64,000 nucleotides of DNA from an uncultured Verrucomicrobiae bacterium. GTDB lineage: Bacteria > Verrucomicrobiota > Verrucomicrobiia > Chthoniobacterales > UBA10450. The notes below the pieces were generated by a model. The model was not told the origin of the DNA. It was given only the letters and a program-made list of their open reading frames with translations, and searched no databases. The stretch covers positions 96,001 through 160,000 of the forward strand of contig CAVTMK010000002.1 in assembly GCA_963735805.1 (NCBI GenBank), written 5' to 3'. The translations under genes were made by a program, and so were the position numbers. Below are positions 58,167 through 64,000 of the stretch, one piece after another. The stretch's first letter is position 1; the number at the start of each line of letters is the position of its first letter.

Positions 58167-58591
58167 AAACGAAAAAAGCGAGATTGTATGTGAACACTGC
58201 TAGCTGTGCTCGCCTTCACGTCTAAACACCGCGAAACGCCAAGCCTAGTTGGTTGATTTGGGCGTCAAGTCGCAAAACAGCGGAAGTGATCCGACGCCAG
58301 ACGCGCGAGCGCGCGTATCGGCTTTTCAGCTCCGGTCATAGAATTTTCAATGATGCATCGTAGGCGGCTTATGATGCAAACCTAAAACGGAATGTTCGTT
58401 CAACCAGTATTCGCCTTCCGGCATTGGTTCTCCGTCATCTGCGCTCTGTCCCTATTTCCCGCGGCTTGCCGGTGGAACAAGCGAAGGATGAAGTAAGAAG
58501 GAAGAATTAAGAAGTCGGATCTTCGGCTCCCAGTGAGCTAATTGAAACTCGTTTGCTTCCCAGCACTCACGGCTACCGACCGCGGCTACAA

Positions 58592-59206
58592 TTATTTTCC
58601 GCGGCTTGCGGGTGGGACGATGCCGTTCATACGGAGATATTCGATCATCTGGCCGTAGTGGTCGAAGCAATGAGCTGGGGCGAACGTTGCCAGGAAGAGG
58701 CGCGTGGTGGGTTTGCCACTACCCGAGGTAATCGGTTCGACGAGGTTCGAGCTCGTCAGGGTCGCCACCGATTTGTGGCCGAATGCGAAGGAATCTTTTA
58801 AATACTTAATGATGTCGGCCTTGGCTTTCATGGTGTCCGGGCCTTTGCCGCCGTTGACCGTGTCCGGTGGTTTCTCGCCCGTAATCGGCGACCAGATCAA
58901 GTAGTTGGATGCGGCGATGTGTTTCAGTTGCTGGCCAAAGGTGCGTACACCTTTGTAGTCGCTGCCGGGAAGGTTCAGTTTCTCCGGAGAAAAATCGAAC
59001 TTGTCCTCCGGCATCGCCTCGGCCGCTTCGACGACTTCCTTCTCAACAATGCTAATCTCGCGATCGATCGCTGACGCGATGGTGGGTGGAGTTGCGGGTG
59101 AGGCCAACGCGCCGGCCGCAGCAGGAGAGCTTTTGGTATTCTGCGCATAAGCTGAAGCCGCAGCGAGGCACAATGCTGCTGTTAGTACTAGAGAAGGATG
59201 TTTCAT
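58592..59206 (-). CDS. Secreted DinB-family protein
   Basis: Signal peptide; AEAMPEDKFDFSP, RTFGQQLKHIA, HCFDHYGQMIEYLRMNGIVPP. Confidence 0.88.
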   Translation of the reverse strand: MKHPSLVLTAALCLAAASAYAQNTKSSPAAAGALASPATPPTIASAIDREISIVEKEVVEAAEAMPEDKFDFSPEKLNLPGSDYKGVRTFGQQLKHIAASNYLIWSPITGEKPPDTVNGGKGPDTMKAKADIIKYLKDSFAFGHKSVATLTSSNLVEPITSGSGKPTTRLFLATFAPAHCFDHYGQMIEYLRMNGIVPPASRGK

Positions 59207-59269
59207 AGAGCATGAAAGAACTTCTTGTTCGCGTGATTGGCAAGAAGAGAGATGGGCAGTGGAAGGATA

Positions 59270-59297
59270 AAGTAAGAAGTAAGAAGTAAGAAGTAAG
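59270..59297 (+). repeat. Perfect heptamer tandem (aagtaag)x4
   Basis: Direct reading; abuts the inverted family C copy at 59298-59380. Confidence 0.85.
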
Positions 59298-59592
59298 AAT
59301 GGAGCTGATGGGATCAGCGACATAGAAGGTAAAGCGACGTGGGTAGGAGCGAGTGAGCGTGGGTAGCGAGCGAGTTTCAAGCCGCAGTCATCGCCAGCGA
59401 CTACAGCTCTCTTTGCTGCTCACGTTGACTCATGTGCTCCAGCCCATTTGAAACTCGCTCGCGTCCCTACAGCTCGGTTCGCCGCCGTAACTGAGGCCCA
59501 GCACTCGTCACGTCGAGCAAGCTTTGGGTAAACTGAGCAACGGTCGGGCTTTCCAATCGCAGTTGATCTGCGTAAGACAGCGAAGGATCTCG

Positions 59593-59772
59593 TTAGCGAA
59601 AGAAGATCAAGTAAACGAGAACGCTTAACGCTCCCACCGCAGCCATAATTATTTGCTGCAGGTGTTTCGTGGGCTGCGACGGAATTGCAGGCGATGCGGT
59701 AGCACAATGACGGCAATGATGATCGACGGTAGAAAGCGCGTAACCGCAGGTGGGACAAGCCTCCAGTGACAT
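59593..59772 (-). CDS. Small zinc-ribbon protein with C-terminal TM helix
   Basis: CPTCG...CRHC followed by hydrophobic tail. Confidence 0.55.
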   Translation of the reverse strand: MSLEACPTCGYALSTVDHHCRHCATASPAIPSQPTKHLQQIIMAAVGALSVLVYLIFFR

Positions 59773-60009
59773 ATGATACAATCGCAGACATTGGCCTAAT
59801 AGCGAGGAATCGCTTCGCGGACGTTAAAGCGTTAAATCGTTGAGCGGGACGAAAGAAGACGTGAAGAACGTGCAGAACTCCGAAGTGAAGTTTCGTTCTG
59901 AGAAGCGTCAATATGAAAGACGAACAAAACGCTCTCCTGATTTCGTGTTTGTTCGCGTCGGCATTTAACATTTAACCTTCGGGAACGTGAACTGTTGAAC
60001 GGGATCAAT

Positions 60010-61269
60010 ATGAAAGACGAGTCAAGAACAATTCAAGCCGTCGGGAGCTTCCTGTTCGGTGTTGCTTTGCTGATCACAGCGTGCTCGCGGCCTGGCTCCA
60101 CGGCTGACTCGTCGGCGCTCAAGCCGATCGACAAGGCTGCGTTGCAGAACATGGTGGACACCACCGCCAAGGAACTCCTGGTGCCCGGCGCCGTACTCCT
60201 CCTGCGCACACCGCAGGGCGAGTTCAAGGTCACATACGGCACCACACAACTTGGCACGACGAGCCCGCCCCACGCCGACACCCACTTCCGGATCGCCTCG
60301 AACACGAAGTCGATGACGGCCGCGGTAATCGTGCAACTGGCGCAGGAAGGCAAGCTCAGTCTCGATGATCCGGTCTCGAAGTACGTCTCGAGCGTCCCCA
60401 ATGGCGACAACATCACGATCGACGAACTGCTAAAGATGCGCAGCGGACTCTACAACTACACTGATGCTCCCGAGCTCGCGGCCACCGTGGATCGTGACCC
60501 GACCAAGGTCTGGACCACAGAGGAGTTGCTAGCCATCGCGTTCGCGCGGCCGCCCAACTTTCCGCCTGGTACCGCCTACGAATACAACAACACCAACTAC
60601 ACGCTTCTCGGCCTCATCGCCGAGAAGGTCGATGGCAAACCACTGGATCGGGCGATGCAGGACCGGTTGTTCGGGCCGCTGGGGATGCACGACACTCTCC
60701 TCCCTCCTCGCACTTCGAACACCATCCCCGATCCCTACTCCCACGGCTACTTGTACGGCAGTTCCTTATTTGTCCTGACGGACACGCCGTACCCGCCCGA
60801 AATCCAAGCCGCGGCACGGGCCGAGACGCTCCTGCCCACTGACTACACGAACCTGAACCCCTCTTTTGCTTATTTTCCCGGGGGCGTCATCTCCACCGCC
60901 AACGATCTGGCCATCTGGATCGAGGCACTGGTTGCCGGGCGCGTCTTCAATGCCGCATATCAGCGCCGCTGGCTCGACAGCCTGCAGGCCAAGGACCCGA
61001 GCATGCCCAACGGTCAGCAGTACGGGTACGGCATGGAGCGACTGCGCTGGGGCCCGAACGCGGTATATTTTCACGGCGGCGAGACTCCTGGCTACAATTC
61101 GCACATGGGTTACGACCCCAACAGCCGGGTGACGTTTGTGACGTGGACCAACCTGCCCATATCGGTCGAAGGCAAGTGGACGTCTCTGGCCCTGATGCAA
61201 AAAATATGGGATCAGATCTACGTGGTATCACCACTGACCGCTTTTCCATCGCCGACCGCCACCCCTTAG
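60010..61269 (+). CDS. Serine hydrolase lipoprotein (beta-lactamase class C / D-Ala-D-Ala peptidase family)
   Basis: Lipobox LITAC; FRIASNTKS (SxxK), YNN, HGGETPGY. Confidence 0.9.
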   Translation: MKDESRTIQAVGSFLFGVALLITACSRPGSTADSSALKPIDKAALQNMVDTTAKELLVPGAVLLLRTPQGEFKVTYGTTQLGTTSPPHADTHFRIASNTKSMTAAVIVQLAQEGKLSLDDPVSKYVSSVPNGDNITIDELLKMRSGLYNYTDAPELAATVDRDPTKVWTTEELLAIAFARPPNFPPGTAYEYNNTNYTLLGLIAEKVDGKPLDRAMQDRLFGPLGMHDTLLPPRTSNTIPDPYSHGYLYGSSLFVLTDTPYPPEIQAAARAETLLPTDYTNLNPSFAYFPGGVISTANDLAIWIEALVAGRVFNAAYQRRWLDSLQAKDPSMPNGQQYGYGMERLRWGPNAVYFHGGETPGYNSHMGYDPNSRVTFVTWTNLPISVEGKWTSLALMQKIWDQIYVVSPLTAFPSPTATP

Positions 61270-61379
61270 CGACGGCGAGCCGACGCTCGATGTTGTTCGA
61301 GCCGTAGATGTACACGCATCATGAGGGTTATCTGTCAGTAATACCGATATATCCTCCGTCGATTTCGGTAATCGCCTGG

Positions 61380-62177
61380 TTACTCGCTCGCGTGGACGAT
61401 GTAGCTGCCGACTTGTTTGTCGCGCTCCAGCTTTAGCAGCCCACGCTTTTGCGCTTCGAGGAGCAGTTCGTTGAAGGCACGGAACCCATGCGCTCGCTCG
61501 TTGAAACCGGGGTTCTGACGTTTCATCGCCTGTTTCATCAGTGAGCCGCGGATCGGATAATCCTCGCCTCGTTCTGCGCGCAGCGCTTCCAGGGTTTTCC
61601 TCAGAAGATCGAGCGCTCCGTCGATTGAGGGTCGATGATCTTTACCAGTTTTCGCTGTTGGCGCGGACGCGGCAACGCTCGGACGTTTCTTTGCCGGCTC
61701 CACGCGCACGAGATCGTCGTAATAGATGAATTCGTCGCAGTTGCTGATGAACAGATCGGACGTGGACCTTTTAACGCCGACGCCGATGACCGTCTTGTCG
61801 TTCTCGCGCAATTTGCTGACGAGCGGCGAAAAGTCCGAATCGCCGCTAATGATGACGAAGGTGTCGACGTGACTCTTGGTGTAACAGAGATCGAGCGCAT
61901 CAACGACCATGCGGATGTCGGCGGAGTTTTTGCCGGACTGGCGCACATGCGGGATCTCGATGAGCTCGAAGGCCGCTTCGTGCAGCCCACGCTTAAACGT
62001 CTTGTAGCGCTCAAAATCGCAGTAGGCTTTCTTGACCACGATTTGGCCCTTGAGCAGCAGACGCTCGAGGACCTTGCGGATGTCGAACGCGGGAAAGTCC
62101 GCGTCGTGCGCGCCCAGCGCGATGTTTTCCAGGTCGAGGAACACAGCCATCGTGGCGTCAGAATCTTGCACACTCAT
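61380..62177 (-). CDS. NYN domain protein with C-terminal OST-HTH/LOTUS domain
   Basis: VFLDLEN, GKNSADI, SGDSDF, PGFNERAHGFRAFNELL. Confidence 0.9.
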   Translation of the reverse strand: MSVQDSDATMAVFLDLENIALGAHDADFPAFDIRKVLERLLLKGQIVVKKAYCDFERYKTFKRGLHEAAFELIEIPHVRQSGKNSADIRMVVDALDLCYTKSHVDTFVIISGDSDFSPLVSKLRENDKTVIGVGVKRSTSDLFISNCDEFIYYDDLVRVEPAKKRPSVAASAPTAKTGKDHRPSIDGALDLLRKTLEALRAERGEDYPIRGSLMKQAMKRQNPGFNERAHGFRAFNELLLEAQKRGLLKLERDKQVGSYIVHASE

Positions 62178-62460
62178 CAGGCTATGATGTTAGCGACATC
62201 GGGGTCTTGAGACAGCGAAAATTGAGCCAGCAACATCAATTGGCGATTGTTTCGGGGGGAGCCGCAGTCCGTGACAGCTCCGAAAGCGTTCGCGAGCAGG
62301 CGGGCCACAAAGGATTCCGCAGTCGTGACAGCTCCGAAAACGTTCGCCCACCGCTCTCCACGTCGAGCAAGCTTTGGGTAAACTGAACAGGCGGGCTACA
62401 AACGATTCCGCAGTCATCGACAGCGGCTACAGTATTTTGCGGTCGCTGCGGCGACTGCCA

Positions 62461-62781
62461 CTACAAGTGATCCGAGGTGAGCAGGAGTCGTTTAACTGGT
62501 TGGCTTTTAACAAGTCCATCCACAATTTCCGGGACGTCGGCGACCGTGACGCGCCCGTAAAAAAAGTGGTCGGGCTCGACTAAAACCGTCACGCCGGTGT
62601 CGCATTGGTCGAGACAGCTCGATGTGCAGACGCGCGCCTCCAGCTTTGCGAGTCCGCGCGCGGCAACTTCTGCTTTCAACGCTGCATACACTTCTTCGGA
62701 GTCTTTCAGCGCGCAGCATCCTTTCGGGTTGTCATCAGCCCGACGATTGATGCAGACAAAGAGGTAACGCTTGCGTTGCAT
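62461..62781 (-). CDS. Thioredoxin-like [2Fe-2S] ferredoxin
   Basis: LFVCIN...GCC, SSCLDQCDTG...Y..VT..DVPEI. Confidence 0.88.
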   Translation of the reverse strand: MQRKRYLFVCINRRADDNPKGCCALKDSEEVYAALKAEVAARGLAKLEARVCTSSCLDQCDTGVTVLVEPDHFFYGRVTVADVPEIVDGLVKSQPVKRLLLTSDHL

Positions 62782-63069
62782 GGAAGGTGAGAGTCGAAGA
62801 AATCGAGCAAGAGGTCAAAGGCCAAAGTACCTCAAAGTAAGAGGTAAGAATGCAAAAGGAAGAACCGGACTTTGCCATCTATGTCGCTCGCGTCGCCCGC
62901 GGCTTCGTTCGCGAGGGGAGCTTTTGGCCGCAACGACGCGCAGGATGAGCAACGTATTCAACTTTGAATTGGCTATTATCGCGCGGCTCTCACGCTTGTG
63001 ACTACTGGCTCTATGCAGATTCATTTTGTTGCTGCGATGCTGTTTTGATTTTGGTAAACGATTTCGTAA

Positions 63070-64000
63070 GTGACGTTCCCCATTTGGTTCTCAGCTGCCT
63101 TGATCACAGCGAGTGTTGCAACCGCAGCTGCCAAAGCTCAGAACGCTGCGCAGTGGCTGAGCCCGGCGGAAGAATGGGTCGTCACGCAGACGAAGGCTGG
63201 TGAAATCGCTGATCTAACCAAGCAATTCCCAGAGAAAGACAAACGAAAGCTCAGCGCGCATTTTTTAGAGGAGTTACTCACGGGCGTGCTACCGGGTATC
63301 AAGCTGCATCGACATGGTGTCCGAATCATTGGCGCAACCATTGACGAGCCAATCGACCTCGAAAATGCGCAGATCCCTTGTGAGGCCTGGTTGGAGCATT
63401 GCCAATTCAATGCCAGCGCGAATTTCAACGGTACGAGTTCCGCGGGGACCATCTCATTCGAGAACAGCACGTTTAAGACAGAGGCGCACTTCAACAGCAT
63501 GAAAGTCCGAGGCGACGCCTTTTTCAACGGTGCCGCCTTCGAGGGACAGATAGACTTCATCCTGGCAGACGTCACCCGTAATTTAGAAGCGAATGGGGCA
63601 AAGTTTCAGAACAAGGAAAGGGAAGCCAACTTCAACAGTATGAAAGTCGGAGGCTATGCCTCTTTTAAGAGTGCAGTCTTCGAAGGAGCGGCGGACTTTG
63701 GCTCGGCAGATATCGCCGGCAATTTGCAAGCGCAGGGCACCAGGTTTCAGAACAAAGAAGCGGAAGCCAACTTCAGCAGCATGAAAATCGGAGGCGACGC
63801 CTCGTTCAATGATGTGGTTTTCGAAGGGCCGGTAACCTTCATGCTGGCAGACATCGCCGGTAATTTTAGTGGACACGGCGCAAGGTTTCAGAACAAGGAA
63901 AAGGGAGCCAGCTTCAACAGTTTAAAAGTCCGAGGCTACGCCTTTTTCTTGAGCAGTGCGGTCTTCGAAGGGGCGGCGGACTTCGGCTCAGCAAACATCG
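63070..64000 (+). CDS. Secreted pentapeptide-like/beta-solenoid repeat protein, runs off window (absent from ORF track)
   Basis: Open frame from GTG 63070; signal-like start; 47-aa repeats FQNKE.EANF.SMK.GG.A.F...VFEG..DF..ADIAGN. Confidence 0.8.
   Translation, partial: MTFPIWFSAALITASVATAAAKAQNAAQWLSPAEEWVVTQTKAGEIADLTKQFPEKDKRKLSAHFLEELLTGVLPGIKLHRHGVRIIGATIDEPIDLENAQIPCEAWLEHCQFNASANFNGTSSAGTISFENSTFKTEAHFNSMKVRGDAFFNGAAFEGQIDFILADVTRNLEANGAKFQNKEREANFNSMKVGGYASFKSAVFEGAADFGSADIAGNLQAQGTRFQNKEAEANFSSMKIGGDASFNDVVFEGPVTFMLADIAGNFSGHGARFQNKEKGASFNSLKVRGYAFFLSSAVFEGAADFGSANI

Noticed and set aside
59207..59380. N-terminal extension of the DinB ORF, and ORFs 55899-56408, 56950-57367 and 58452-58670
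   Set aside because: These are translations of repeat DNA (SMSLIP, FYVA frames), not protein-like.
60010..61269. Bona fide beta-lactam resistance gene
   Set aside because: SxxK/YxN/HGG motifs are shared by many peptidases and esterases; activity cannot be assigned from sequence.
52690..62900. Integron cassette array
   Set aside because: No intI, genes lie on both strands, and I could not identify attC R/L box structure by eye. Kept only as an unexplained repeat island.

Overview
Bacterial chromosomal window of moderate-to-high GC. The gene content suggests a soil Verrucomicrobiota (Chthoniobacterales / Ca. Udaeobacter-like) genome; this is inference from the UBact-proteasome locus, the cyclase-TolB-TPR protein, mqnC, bamA-skp and the rpoZ style. 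The first ~42 kb is mostly housekeeping: fpg, a split IcmF-type B12 mutase, fabG, sodC, a D-amino acid oxidase, mqnC, bamA-skp, ubact-prcB-prcA, folB, tatC, pilD and nagA. From ~42 kb the window is accessory, and 52.6-63 kb is a repeat-dense patchwork of small cassettes and toxin-antitoxin relics. Best candidate for a new system: a YcaO-less RiPP-like unit, made of an unannotated 58-aa peptide with a perfect RBS, an RRE-fused SagB/ThcOx flavin dehydrogenase and a convergent cyclase-TPR gene (24.5-28.2 kb). Other highlights: (1) a divergent mini-kinase/small-protein pair whose start codons share one CATG palindrome, flanked by repeated hairpins; (2) a ~100-nt leader shared by two unrelated secreted-protein genes; (3) a single-domain beta-clamp-like gene in an XRE operon; (4) palindromic and heptamer repeats read in-frame inside enzymes; (5) an rpoZ-like gene that truncates a ParE toxin. 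I recognised no tRNA, rRNA, CRISPR array, integrase or transposase. All family calls come from reading motifs by eye; no searches were run.
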